NCBI GenBank assembly: GCA_028534125.1
Contig: CM052818.1
Location: 48,114,001-48,178,000, forward strand
Length of the DNA: 64,000 nt
Direction: 5' to 3'
From: Lama glama
Lineage: Eukaryota
Of this stretch, positions 1 to 12,575 are shown one piece after another. The translations under genes and the position numbers were made by a program. The notes beneath the pieces were generated by a model. That model ran no database searches and was not told the origin of the DNA. It saw only the letters and a list, made by a program, of their open reading frames with translations. Each line of letters begins with the position of its first letter. Positions within the stretch are counted from its first letter, which is position 1.

Positions 1-344
1 TGCTTTCCATGTTCAAATGACGCTTTGTTGACTGCTCAAGGTATTTCTGGGAGCATTTGTGCTAGGCATTGAAAGTACAAAGTAAGCCAGATGGACCAGA
101 GTTTTGCCCAAGTGGACTTACAGCCCAGCTGCGGAGACGGACGGGCAGCAGTTCACGCAAACTGCACGGCGGGGTCTGAGGGAGACTGCCCTGGAGGGAG
201 AAGGAAGCGTGTGGGATTTTGTACACACCCCGCCCTCCTGGTGCTTTTCTCTCTATCCACTTGTTTATCCTTAAATATTATCAGATGCTTCGTTTTCCCC
301 TTGCACCTTGTTTTCCTTTTCTTTCCAAACCATGTTAATATTTT

Positions 345-510
345 TAGGCTCAGAATTTACAATTGAAAGGAACTGGAGGAATCATAAGGTCGGATTTTTC
401 CCATTTGAGGGTGACGGAGGGACCAAAGAGTGAAGCGACTTGCTTGAAGTCCCCCAGCTCAGCAAGGGCAGCCTGGTCCGAGTTCCTCCAGTCCCCTGAC
501 TCCTGCCACT
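345..510 (-). mobile_element. MIR SINE, degenerate
   Basis: Resembles the antisense MIR core (ccattt...gagtgaagcgacttgcttgaagtcccccagct); boundaries approximate. Confidence 0.6.
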
Positions 511-724
511 GTCCTCGGAGCACTGCTGATGTGTGATCCGGCTTAACTGTTTATTTACTTGAGTCCTGTCAGTACTGCCCAGTATTGTTCGTTGTCCATC
601 ATGTGTGCATCCCTCGGTTGTATCAGAAGTGTCTTGAACCCAAGGCCACTCATTTTTCCTTCTCCGCAATGTCCCAGTCCGCAGGAGCACCTCTTACCCT
701 CTCTGGGCCCTTTCCAGCTCTCAG

Positions 725-905
725 AAAGATTTGGGTCTGCTTCCAAGCTTAGTTCTTACTTGGACAAATTAATTACCCTTTCAAGTCCCAGTTTCCTCCT
801 CTGTACAAGAGAGATAATGAGAGAACTTGTTTATTTATTTGCAAATGAGATCATACGTGTAAAGTTCAAGGTTCAGTGGTTGACATTCTATGAGTGGTCA
901 ATGAG
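725..905 (+). mobile_element. MIR SINE
   Basis: ttggacaaattaattaccctt...cagtttcctcctctgtacaagagagataat...aatgagatcatacgtgtaaag matches the MIR core. Confidence 0.7.
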
Positions 906-1059
906 TGGCAGTGGATTCTGGGGCTGACTTTTAATTACTTCCTTTATTCATTCAACTCCTTTTGAAAGGAATGCCCTCCAGTCTCGCATGGCGTCTTATG
1001 ATTAAAACCTGATTTAAGCTTCTACCCAATCCTCCTGGTTGCAATTAATGATAACTTTC

Positions 1060-1255
1060 TTACCACTCACACCCCATTTTTCTTGAACTTGTATTAATTC
1101 ATAGAGTTTATTCTGCTTTATCTAGGTCATCCTCCTAGGCTGAATTGTAAGGCATTCGAGGTCAGAATGTGTATATTATGCATCTCAGTGTCACCTTGGC
1201 ATCTACCTAATATAAGTACAAAACACACAGGATAAGTGCTGAGTAAATGCTTCCG
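1060..1255 (+). mobile_element. L2 LINE 3' end remnant
   Basis: ctaggctgaattgtaaggcattcgaggtcag...taagtgctgagtaaatgc resembles the L2 3' terminus. Confidence 0.55.
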
Positions 1256-1679
1256 TCATAACAACACATGGTGATTCGTTCATTACGTCAGCCATGAGAC
1301 ACGCATTGAACACTTACATTGTTCCGCTTTCTGTATGGCTGCTTAGCACAGAATTACGAACATAAAAGGATCCTGATTAATTTTTTTAAATAAATCAATG
1401 GTGGAATTAATAAGAAAGCCCAGCTGAGTAGCCTCAATTTGGCAGCTAAATATTACGCTCAGATCTTGGTCTGAAAAGTCATGGTGATTCAAGACCCTGA
1501 AGGCACCTGGATTTGACTTCCGGCCTCCGCAGTCGGCAGGGCTGCCATGACCAAAGGGCAGGAAAGGGTCTCCACACCTCTCTGGAGTGAGATGTGAAAT
1601 GCCCGTGGAAGATGAAGGCCTTTCACAGGTCGTTTAAGTCCTTGCGAAGATCGGGGGAGGGAAGCTGGTCACTGCCCTC

Positions 1680-1815
1680 GCGATGACGCATGATGATATA
1701 GCTCCGCCTAACCGCTGCAGAGAAGCCCATGGTCCGTGCAAGTCTATTTGGAACTTTTTATGAACGTTAAATCGGCCACCCTCTATAAATACTAAATCCT
1801 CCTGGCTGGAGAAGA
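1680..1815 (+). promoter_or_regulatory. Candidate TATA-type promoter motif cluster
   Basis: TGACGCA (CRE-like) at 1684, GC-box-like CTCCGCCT at about 1702, TATAAATA at 1784-1791, locally CpG-enriched; motifs only. Confidence 0.3.
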
Positions 1816-3789
1816 GCCATAAATCTCCAAAACAAAGCAGGGAAATAGAAGAGAAAGAGAAAGAACCCTTCTTTTAATGTCTTAAAACACCTTCTTGTAT
1901 TTCACCTCTGCGGTCTGTTTCTGTTTTTGAGTTCATCTTTGGTTATAGACCCACGAGGTATTGGTTTCATAGCTTTTGCTAAGGCTCTGCGTCCACCGCT
2001 GCAGTGGGGCCAGACATCAGCGTGGCCTGAGCAGAGAACCAGTCTGGTGAGCTTGTCACCAGCTGAGACTCAAGAATCAACAGGAAGGGAGCAGCCCCAT
2101 CAGAAGCAAATAGCTTTTAACTGTCTGAAGGCGTCCGCGCAGAAAAGACTCTTTGTACATCTGTAAAAAGTGCTTTTTTCTCTGTTTATCTTGCTTCCAT
2201 TTTTTGTTACAAGACTTTCTCACAGCTTTTTCGGACGGGCATATGTGTCTATTTAAAATGTGCGAACGCGTACTTAAACACCCCAGTGTGCTGCATTGTG
2301 ATATGCATTCAAGCTCCATTAAGACAGTGACAACAAAAAACTAACTACTAAAAAAAGTCCCCAGTTCAGAATTAGCTCAAGTCCTGCTGAACTCGCATCC
2401 TCTTCCGGCAGCAAACAAGAAACATACCAGGAACACACGAACGCTGGCGGGATCTCCCCCGTCCCGGGATGTGCCTTCCTTCTGTTTGTCCCACTGACAC
2501 ACAGGAGCTGAAAATGAAGGACACGTTGCAGGCAGACAGTTGACAACAGTGCCCGTGATGAGGCTTCATCTCAGAAAGCCTTTCTGGATTCGTCTAGGCC
2601 ACATTCTTCAACTTGAGTGTACACACTGGGCTTCCTCAGAGAGCAGTGATGGACACACGGTCAGGACGACCTTGGCCTTCTTTTGTCTTGGAATCCTGGC
2701 CGCTCATCTAAGACTTCGTTCCCAGTGGCGGAGCTGAGGACTGGGCAGCATTGGGGGACAGAATGGCGAGCCTGAGAGGAGGCCCCTTTGTCATTCCTTG
2801 TTAGGAAGGGGCAGGGAAGAGATGAACCTCCTTCCGCGCAGAGCGCAGAGGGTAACAGTGGCTTACGTCAGAGGGTTATGAGGACTACCTAGGAAAGGGT
2901 TGCAAATTCAAGAAGAAATGTTTATTAATTAAATGATAACAAGTGTTACTTAGAAACTGGCAATCTTTTCTTGGTTGGCAGGACAATAGGGTCTTTTTTT
3001 TTTCTTCTCTTGGTTTTGCAAGTTTCATTGCCAGCAAGGAAATATGCGACTCTTCCTTTTGTCACTTTATTTCTCTAGTCCCGTGAAATGCGGCTCTCAA
3101 TGGCAAAGGCCAACTGGATAGACAAACTTATATCGTATGAAAGGGGGCCGTTCAATGCTGAGGACAGCACGCAGAGCTCCATGGAGACCCAGAGGCCGCC
3201 GGATGGTGGAGGCCCTGCCTTCATGATGCCTGGTGATGGCGTCGTGGCAAGGAGCCATCTGCTCAAAGGCGTTCATGGCCAAAGTCCCAACACTCCCTTA
3301 TTTGGGGGGTGGAAAGTGGGAAATCCCAGCACACAAGGTTTTGCTGTGATAGAGCAGATCTGACCCTATTTGTCAGATGCTAAGGTGCTGGTGTAATTGA
3401 CAGTACTGAAACAGTGTGAGAACTTCATTTACAAAGGAAATGCAGACCTTCCATCCCCTGAGGTTCAGAGAGTGCCTCATAGCCAGGGTCCAGGCTCTCC
3501 AACAGAGCAGGAGTCAATGCCCTACATGGGGTAGGCACTCAAGCATCTCAAGTACTCTTCAGGGCCACCATTTTGCTCTTTGCAACATTAAATTTCTTGT
3601 TTTCTTGGCTTCACTATCTCACTGGCAGAACCACTCTTGACCAGCTACTCTGTACCAAGGGCCTCCTAGGAGTCGGGCACTGCACAAGCTCCAGCCAAAT
3701 TTTGCAGGGTGGTCTAGTCTTCTCATTACCCCAACCACTTTCTTCATTCATATCACACCCTCCTGTCACCCCTCTGTTGTCTCTATATC

Positions 3790-4582
3790 TCGCTTACCAA
3801 ATTGAGACTCAAGGACGGAGCTTTGGGTGAAGGAGAAACAGCAGCTTTATTTCTTTGCCAGGCAAAGGAGGTCACAGTGAGCTAACACTTCTAAGACTGT
3901 GAGTCTGCTGGGGAGAGAAGGCAAGGGGTTTTATGGTAAAAGTTCAAGGGCAGAGCTAGTTTCTATAGAGATCACATACCAGGTAACAAGTTGTTGCAAA
4001 GTTGTTCTTGCTTTTGTAGGTACAATGGTCCCCTTCCTTCTGCTGGGTATGAAGTTCACCTCAGGCTTTGGGACTCTTAATATTCTTGTACTTAGAATAA
4101 AGGATGCATGGGCAGGGCCTCCATGGAAAAGAGCTCTAGAGAAAAACTTGTGCAGTTTAAAGTCAGGTTGATAAATGCTTTTTAGCCTTTTAAGCAGGCT
4201 AAGGACTGCACCTCAAACAACAGGATACAAGGAAATCATGAGGGGTCTAAAAACAACTGCAGACATGTGCAATTTGGGGTAAGTTATGAACAGCGAGATG
4301 CACAAAACACCCAATTGCTGTTTCTGAGGTGTTGGGGTCAAGAGGAGGGCACTGGGGCAGAAGCAAGGCATTGAGCATGATCCCTGCACACTGCACCAGC
4401 ACCACAAGGGGGTTGGGTGGACCACCCAAGCCTCCATCCTCCCCAGCCCAATCCTGGTCAGCAAAAGCCTGAGTAAAACCCTTTAAACCATTTACAGTTT
4501 AAACCATTACAGTTAAGCAGTTGCAAACACCATTAGAGCTATCAGATGGTCACTGATGACAATAGGGTCCTGCTTGGTTACA
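3790..4582 (-). mobile_element. Solo ERV1-class LTR (MER41/ALTR2-like, cetartiodactyl)
   Basis: Minus strand starts TGTAACCAAGCAGGACC at 4582; the other end gagactc...ctttgggtgaagg...gctttatttctttgccaggcaaagg is typical of this LTR group and contains the minus-strand AATAAA. Confidence 0.75.
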
Positions 4583-5174
4583 CCTTCTCTGTTCCTTCTT
4601 CCCCAGTTCTTTTCATTCCTCTTATGTCTGATTGCTTTTTCTCCTGGCTTCTGACCACTGGCTCTCTATTTCCAAAGTTTGGCGGTTACTTTCTTGTTCA
4701 GTGCAAACACGGAGAATATAAACTTCTATGAGCTCCCTCAAGAGTGGTCCCAGCCATCAGAGCCCAGAAAGGAAAGTGGCACAACCAACTCACTGGCCAC
4801 ACGAGAAACTGAGGCTGGTGACGATTTATCTCACAGAACACTCACCTCCCTGATTTTTCAGAGGTCGACTTTGGGTATCAGAGATTTTCTCCCAGGGTTC
4901 CTTCACAGGCAAGCTCGGAGTTTTCAGGGACCATACTTTGCCTTTTTCAGTCTAGTTTCCTGAAACATTTAGCAATTTTCATAAATTTAGATATTAGCAT
5001 GAGACCTGGAATTCCAGCAGACATAGTTTCATAGGACTACAGATATGATTCATTTGAGGCAGGACAGAGAGGGTGGGGAGGTGGGGCAGGGTGAGGAAGT
5101 TATAGAAAGAAAATTTCTATCATTACCGTGAAATAAAGCTGTATTCTTTATCATTCACTCGAAAGGCAGAAATA

Positions 5175-5370
5175 CACAGTGTTAAGGGCACAGGCTGGGG
5201 CGTTTCCCTGTGTTCACGTCTGACACATCACTCTTCACTCCCTTAGCTCTCCGAGCCTGAGCCGCTTTCCCTTCATGTTCAGAGACTAGAATGTCCCCTG
5301 TGACACTGTAGCATGAGAGAGAGTCACACGTACAGGCATCTGGCCCATCACAGATGCTCAGTAAAGACTC
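5175..5370 (+). mobile_element. MIR SINE, degenerate
   Basis: gtgttaagggcacaggctgggg...ctctccgagcctgagccgctttcc...catctggcccatcacagatgctcagtaaa. Confidence 0.55.
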
Positions 5371-7289
5371 GAAGACTCAACCTCCCCTTCTTCCTTCCCA
5401 CTCTTGTAAGATTAAAACTACCTTTTTCAGAATATTTGGATGTTGGTATCTTTGGGTTTCTCATGATCTGCTCTGTTTATTTACCCTGAACTTTGGGTTT
5501 AAACTGGGTTTTTTTTTTTTTTTGGACAAGTCTTTTCTCCTCCAAACAAATACATTATGAAGAAAAAGAATGCTCAGTGGTTTTAGTGTGATTATTAATA
5601 AAAATAAAATAGTCACATGGGGATTAAGAGGGATTAACATGGGCCTAACACTTGATTACCCATTAAGTTTCCACACCAACTATAAAGAGGATCTAGGGAA
5701 ATCCTTCCTCTCCCTTGGAAAGTTTATTAAAATGATGAACGAGGCTTGTGGCAGTTAAGCAGCAATCAAGTATCCTCTTGTGGGCAAACTCCGCCCCTGC
5801 TTGATAGAGGCTTCTCTGAGCAGGGGCGCCAGCACTCACACCAGCAAGTCAGCATGGGATGTCAGGGTCACAGGGGCTCTGGGATTCCTGGACACCAAAT
5901 ATTCCAAACTCCCACTAGATTTATCACCAACATTAGATATTCTGAAGCCTCCTTCTGCATGGATCGTTTTCCTGGGATGTATCTCAGGAGAAAGATTCAA
6001 TACGTGAATTTCCCCAGTGGAGCTCAGCACTGACAAGGAATAATGAGGAGGCTGCATAATGGCCTCGTTTTCCATCTGTCCCGGGCACGGCTGACGATGC
6101 TCACATGGGGTTCACAGGGCCGGTTCAAACTGGGAAGCAGTGCTCTTGCCTCAACCTTCTTTCCTCCTATCAGAAGCAGGAAGTCTTTGTTCAGAGTTTA
6201 GTATCATAAGCACTGTCTCAAGGAACATGTATGCATTTTGGAGAATCCTGGGCCCCATTTTGGTATATTTCAAAAAAAAAACATACTTTCTCTTTCTACA
6301 GTCTTCTGTATCATACCGCCAAACTTCTAAGCACTCAGTCAGAGGTGGATGTCTGATCACTTTATACGCAGTAGCACGAGGTTGTTTTTGTAAGCCCTCC
6401 TTCCTGTTTCCAGTACATGCCCCTCTTGAAGAAAGCTGAGGATTTGTGCGTGCCTTTGCTGAATTTTATATCGCTCAATAGCATCCATTTTACCATCTAA
6501 CAGAAGATGAAGACAACATTTACCTCTGGGTTTGATGAAAGGATTAAAATGTGACACAACGTGTAAAAGGCTAGCTAGCTTCCTGGCCCGGCATGGCTGA
6601 CTGAGGCTTGCATCTCAGCTACAAAATTGTAGCCGCAGAGGCCCCCTCGCTTTCTGGTCCACGTAGTTGGATGAAAAAATAGCTGTCGAGTGGGTGGTCT
6701 GCACATCTCAGATGACAGAGCAATGTATCTGTTAACATGTGAAAATGCTCCTTCATCCTAAGCGCTGTCATAGTGGTGGGAGGCGGGCAGGTCCAGGAGG
6801 TGACAAGGGGGACATATTTGTGGGAGCAGCTGGAAGACCCCTGGAAGATCCCCAGACTCAGAAATTGTGCTGTTGTTTCCAGTGTCCAAAGGTCTCACTA
6901 ACTGACCCCAATCTACTTTTTATCTGCAGCCCACGAGGTGAATTTAAATAGTGACATTGTTATCTGAGTCATTTCTTCCGTTTGAAGTCTACTCCTGTAC
7001 CCACCCCCCGTCCCACATCCCTGCTGTGTAAATACTGCCCAGGATCTGCTCAAATGTTTTCCCTCCGCGTAGCTTGTCTAAATGTGTGTTTGTGTTGCAT
7101 TTACAGGGTACTTATCCTATAGCACCTAGCCGTGTAATTTACCTGCACAAGCTCCTGTAGTGGATAACAAGGCCTGAAATCTGCACCATCTAAAGGCTTA
7201 ATCATTAGAAAGGCATAATATGGGAGAAAAACATAAAGAGAATTTTGCAAACAAAACGCTGGTTCAAAGTTAGGCTCGTCTGTTTGGAA

Positions 7290-7475
7290 AGGCTAGGAGC
7301 CTCGTAACCCAGGGCTCAAATTCCAGCTCTATCTGTGAAAAAGCACTATTATGTGATATCTCTTTCAGACCGCACTTCCTCAGATATAATAATGTAATAA
7401 TACTTGTCTTGTGGGATGATGGCAGAGATTATATAAGGTCATGCACATAAAGCCCCTGGCAACCAGCAGACACAA
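7290..7475 (+). mobile_element. MIR SINE
   Basis: cccagggctcaaattccagctct...cttcctcagatataataatgtaataatacttgtcttgtgggatg...cataaagcccctggca. Confidence 0.6.
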
Positions 7476-8065
7476 TGAAAGGTGGCTGTTCTCACTCCAC
7501 TTACCAAGGCAGGGGCTGTGGATTCGTCCTTGTCAAACGTGCTCTGTCCCGGGAACTCACAGGCGAGCTCACCCTACAGGTGAGAAACCCACATCCCACA
7601 AAGGGTGATCCACGGAGCCAAAGTGAGCCGCTGCTGTGACTTGTCCATGACGAGATGTGACTCTAGGTCTGGACCCCACACCTGCCTATGTGCCATGTGA
7701 CTTCTCTGGGAGGTTTTTCACGTTAAGGGCAAAAGATGAGAAGGTTCCTGGAAACACCAAACAGCCACATCCTAAATCGCACACACGTTCACTTCGGCCA
7801 GTCACAAGCGCTCAGGCTGGCAGCACTTGTGCTCTGATGCCCAAGGTGAACTGAAGGCGTCTTGTGTGCTGACAGAGCCTAGACCCTGTCAGAATGCTGA
7901 ACCCTGAAGGAACAGCGCAGTACCTGTGGGCAGAGGAAGATCCTTGAGTTCAAAACAAGGATACTGAGTTGCAGTAATTTTCATTGTTTATATTCAATAC
8001 ATTAATTCTTTAATCCATTCATAGAATATTTATGTAACAACAAATTTAAGAAGTAGAGTTAATTG

Positions 8066-8455
8066 TTGTTATAGATTGTTACTGTGTCCTTCCAAAATTC
8101 ATATGTTGGGATCCTAAAACCCAGAACCTCGGAATATGCCTGTATTTGGAGAGAGAGCCCTTACGAGGTAATGGAGTTACAATGCGGTCGTGAGGGTGGG
8201 CCCTGATCCGACCTCGCTGGTGTCCTTATGAAAAGAGGAAGTTTGGAGACAGATGCACAGGAGGAGGATGACGTGAGAACTCAAAGAAGAAAATCATCTA
8301 CAAAGCAAAAGCAGAGAGGACTCAGAGGAAACCACCCTGCTGACAACTTGAGCTTCGTCCTTCCAGCCTCCAGAACTGTGAGACCATCAATTCCCGTAGT
8401 TTAAGCTGCCCTGATCACATCTCTTTGTCCTGGCGGCCCCAGGAAACTGAAATAA
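8066..8455 (+). mobile_element. MLT1B-like MaLR solo LTR
   Basis: ccaaaattcatatgttg...cctgtatttggaga...ggtgtccttatgaaaagagg...ccagcctccagaactgtgaga...ccccaggaaactgaaata. Confidence 0.85.
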
Positions 8456-8886
8456 TTGTGCACCAGAGGAGTGTGGTCCAGTCATAGGACATCATGTAAA
8501 GTTGCCTGATGAGTGATTTCCACTTTAAATCACATTATGCATTTTTTGTGATTATATGTGTCACTAAAATTAACCCAAAAGACGAAACGTTAGACTGTTG
8601 ACAATGTGAAGCCTGGTGCGGATACACCTGGCAAAATTCTGAACCACAAGTGGTAATAACAAGTGCGTTGGCTTCAAGCAGCAGGTAACCCAAAGCCCCT
8701 GCAACCCCTGCCTGCACGTAGTCATCCTGCACCAAAGACCGGCGGACAAGCTCATGGTTTGCAGGTTGGACTCCAGTAGTTGCTCACTCCCACCTAAGCC
8801 TAATCCTTCAGTTCACCAGCTCACACACAAGTAGCGTCATACAAACTAAGTTTTTTATTTAAGATCAGCTACGGGGACTTGGGTGA

Positions 8887-9249
8887 TGCTGTGGCATGAA
8901 TATGTATATCTCCCCTAAATTCATATGTTCAAAGCCTAAACCTCAAGGTGATGGCATTTGGAGGTGTGGCCTTTGGGAGATGATTAGGGGGTGAGGGCAG
9001 AGCCGTGGTATTAGAGCCCTTATAAGGGAGACATCACAGGTTCCCTTGTCTCTTCCACCATAGTGAGAAAACAGTCACCATCAGCGGGGAAGCGGGCTCG
9101 ACCAGACACCAAAGCTGCCAGCATCACGATCGTGGACGTCCAGCCTCCAGAAACGTGAGAAGTAAATGTCTGCTATTTATTAACCAAACAAGCTATGGTG
9201 TTTTTTTGTTTTCTGGGGTTTTTTTAGCGGCTGGAATGGACTAAGACAG
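8887..9249 (+). mobile_element. MLT1A-like MaLR solo LTR
   Basis: tgctgtgg...aaattcatatgtt...ggtgatggcatttggaggtgtggcctttgggagatgattag...cagcctccagaaacgtgagaagtaaatgtctg...ggactaagaca. Confidence 0.85.
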
Positions 9250-12059
9250 GTGAGTTCAATTTCTCCACGTCTTTGCTTCTCCATCCATATGAAGGCCTAT
9301 TGCTTCCGGCCCCCATGCTCTTCCCTGAAAGCGACGAGATGAAACTGGCCTGCGGCGCGAGAAGACTGCACTCTTTGGGAGGATTTAAAAGTTATTTATG
9401 GACTTTGGACTTCTGGGACTTTGCAAAGCAAGTATTTTTGTGTTTCTGGATCTCAATTGTGGCAGCCCTTTTCAAAAGAAGCAGAGTCAATGGAAACCCC
9501 ACATGTACAAGTTCTAACCTGAACAGAAGGCTTGGCAAGCAAGTCATCTAAGAACAAAGCAGCCAGCATCCTCTCTCTAGAGACAAAACACATTATTTCT
9601 ATGACATGCTTAGTCTCCATCTGCTCAGAGAAAAGGAGTGAACGTCCCATATGCCTCACCATTGGGCTGGTCCTGCCTGCGAGTATGACTCTCCCCACAA
9701 TGCAGAATTGAACATTAACTAACTTTAGGCTGCTTTAATGGAAACAGCATATGGGTACTAAATGAATGAAAACAAATGAATACCTTGATTATTTTGCTCT
9801 AGTTTCATGATAATAAAAGCTACGGCCACTAATCACTGACCAGTCTCTCACAATGTTGGTAAATCTGTTATTCATTTTTTTCTTTCTGAAGAATTCTTAA
9901 GCAATACCCATCACCCTCATTGCTGAAATTATACATTCATGAAAAAATGAAATACCCCCAATTATGTTATATGGTCATATTTTCCACATAAACACAGGCA
10001 TTTATTTCCTCTTGCGGTACCCAGAGCCAATGCAACATGTAATTTGCTAGGCTATTTGGCAACTAAGAATGATTAAGACCCTGCTGTTTGCAGTTAATAT
10101 GGTGCAAAACTCGAGTCTGGGGCCAGAAAAGGAAGTAGGGCTGATACTGAACAGTTTCTTTGTTTGCGAGAGTGAAAGTTTTGTGGGACTTTGAGCCTGG
10201 TTGGGTAGGCTATTGCTACAGAAATGACCAAAAAGAAAAGCCATTATTTCACTTAATATTTGTGTATTCTATTGTTAATTTTAAGACTTGATTGCCAAGT
10301 TACCCCGATAAGGGAAAACATCAGGCTCCACTGTCTAGAGGACTTAGTGGTGAGACCAGCAGAAGGGGTCCCAACCTTTGCCACATGGTCCACACCATGC
10401 GCCGTGACCACAGACAGTGCTCCTCACCCTGCAGAGGGCTGCTGTCAATGCTCGTTCTGGGCTACAAAGAAGATAAGGTGAGCTGATGTCAAGGTCAAAG
10501 TAAACCTGGTGAAGAAGATAAGCTGGTAGCAAACATAAAATTACAGACAAAATCAAAGAACTTAGATTCATTTGCCAACGTTAGCTGAGTGAATGAATGG
10601 GTGACATTATTCTTTCCTTCTAGAAGAGCTGTTATGTAGCCCTTCAGGTGGAATTATTAGGGAGGGAGAGCATTCTGATGGCGAACAGGGCAGGACTAGA
10701 GAGAAAGGCTGTTTCCTGGGGGCACCATCTCCTGTTGCAGGGTTTAGTCTAGAAAGCTTTGTTCACTGTCTCTTAAAACTTCCCAGGGTGGAGAGAGATG
10801 ATTAGGGCTCAACTCTTCAAATGGACTGGAGAGAAAGGAACTGCTCAGAGCAACTCATGAGGTGGCTCTGAAGTCAGGATGACGAATGACAGTCTGTGAC
10901 CAGTGGGGTCATAGGACCTGCACTCGGAGTGGAGACCTTCAGAAGACCAGGATGCCACCAGACCCTGGAAGATACTGATCAACACAGGGCAAAGGTGGTT
11001 AGAAAAGCCCGGGGGAAACTGAAGATTGTGCATTCATGCACGACGCCCCAAACACAAAGTACGACAAAGTCAGAACAAATGCATGGCCCCACGCAGCGGC
11101 TGGAGCTTTGTCTCCATCCTCCAGAATTCATGGTGGTGCACTAGCAGTGGACAGCAGTACTCACTATTAAGGCAGAGGGAGCTGAACGCAAGAATTCGGA
11201 GTAAAATGAGCACAGAGGGTACAGGGAGATGCTAACATCCAGCGTCAACTCTGCGATTTTTCGTTAATGCCCCTGAACTAAGCTCGATCGCGTCGCCCCC
11301 GTGCCATGCAGCTAGGAATCGATGCAGCACAGCGCTCTCGTCCAAAACATCCCGAAGTTTGGTTCCACTTCAAAAATATTTGAATTGGGTAGATTGGATA
11401 CCCATTTGGAAGGCTTTCTGGGAGAACTGAGGAAGCGACAATCTCGGTGTGACCGTGGGAGCCACCGTTGCAGGTGTCCGAATCCCACGAATTCACCGTT
11501 TAACCTTTGAACCTCATCACATCATATGTGAACGGTGACAGTGACAATGACTCTGGCAGCTACTCTCCTCAGGTGTTTCTGTGTTAGGAGGGAGTGGGGT
11601 GTGTGAGAACCGTCAGACCCCACATGGAAAGACTCTAAACCACCACACGAATGTGTGGAGGTGCAAGGGCTCTCTGCTCTTTTGGTAACATCCCAGGTGT
11701 AGAAAATGAGGTTAAGAGAACTTAGGCTGTTGGAACCCCAGAAATCTTAAGGTTGATTTCCAACGCATTCATACTTTCTCAGCGCAACCCCGTTCTCGAG
11801 CGGCTAGCCATAGAGAAAACAACACCTCGAGTCATCAGAATGAAAAGCAAGACCTCTCTGTGGCCACAGGTCCCGTGTGCGCAGCCTGTGCCAGGTTGAC
11901 GGGCGCTCAGCGCGAATGGCTGAGAGAAGACAGGGCCTTGCTCTTCCCCGTGCTCTGCGACCTCTGAATAGAAATAGCATGGGGTCTGGGTGCTGGGAGG
12001 CCGAGGCTCCCCGACAGAACTATGCCCTCCGATTTCCTCTGACCCCTGACGCAGGTAAA

Positions 12060-12575
12060 CGATGGTGGGCACTAGTTAAAGTGGGAAGGGCAGATTTTAA
12101 TCAGTGATGAACTACTGCAGTGGAGGAAAGAGTCTAGCAAAATTGAACTCCACTTCCACCTGTACAGAGGTGACTGGGTGTTTTAATTGGGGAACCTGGG
12201 GGTGGGGGGCGGGCAGGGGCTCAGGAGAGTCAGAGATGTGAGAATGACGAAAAGTCCTAAGGGGTGGCTGGGCCACGTGAAAGCTCCTGGTGCTTACAGA
12301 AGTCGGGCTCCTGTGCTCCCCCCCCCCCGCAGGGGCTGGGGCTCGGGGCCCGTCTTCAGTGTCCGCTGGCACCCAGTCGGTTCTTGCGGCAGCCTTGAGC
12401 TCTCTCGGGCGCTTTAGGGGAGCCTGGGCTCATCCAAGGGGTGCGGCCTTGATCGTTAGAAACGGCGTTAGCGTTTGCTCAGGTCTTTATAGGCCCAGGC
12501 TGGGGCCGAGCCGAGGAGCTGGCTTAGAGGGGACTGGCTAGAGTTTAGTCAAGAGAGAGTCTTTGCCCAAGGCTT
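12060..12575 (-). mobile_element. ERV1-class LTR (family uncertain)
   Basis: cagattttaatcagt...actactgcagtggaggaaagagtctagc...tgaactccac...tttagtcaagagagagtctttg resembles antisense ERV1 LTR consensus. Confidence 0.55.

Noticed and set aside
1936..1946. TCTTTGGTTAT equals the first 11 nt of miR-9-5p
   Set aside because: The match stops at 11 nt and there is no precursor hairpin; chance, or at most an antisense target site
1949..1985. PRGIGFIAF resembles an RRM RNP1 motif
   Set aside because: Too short, and no other RRM elements in the flanking frame
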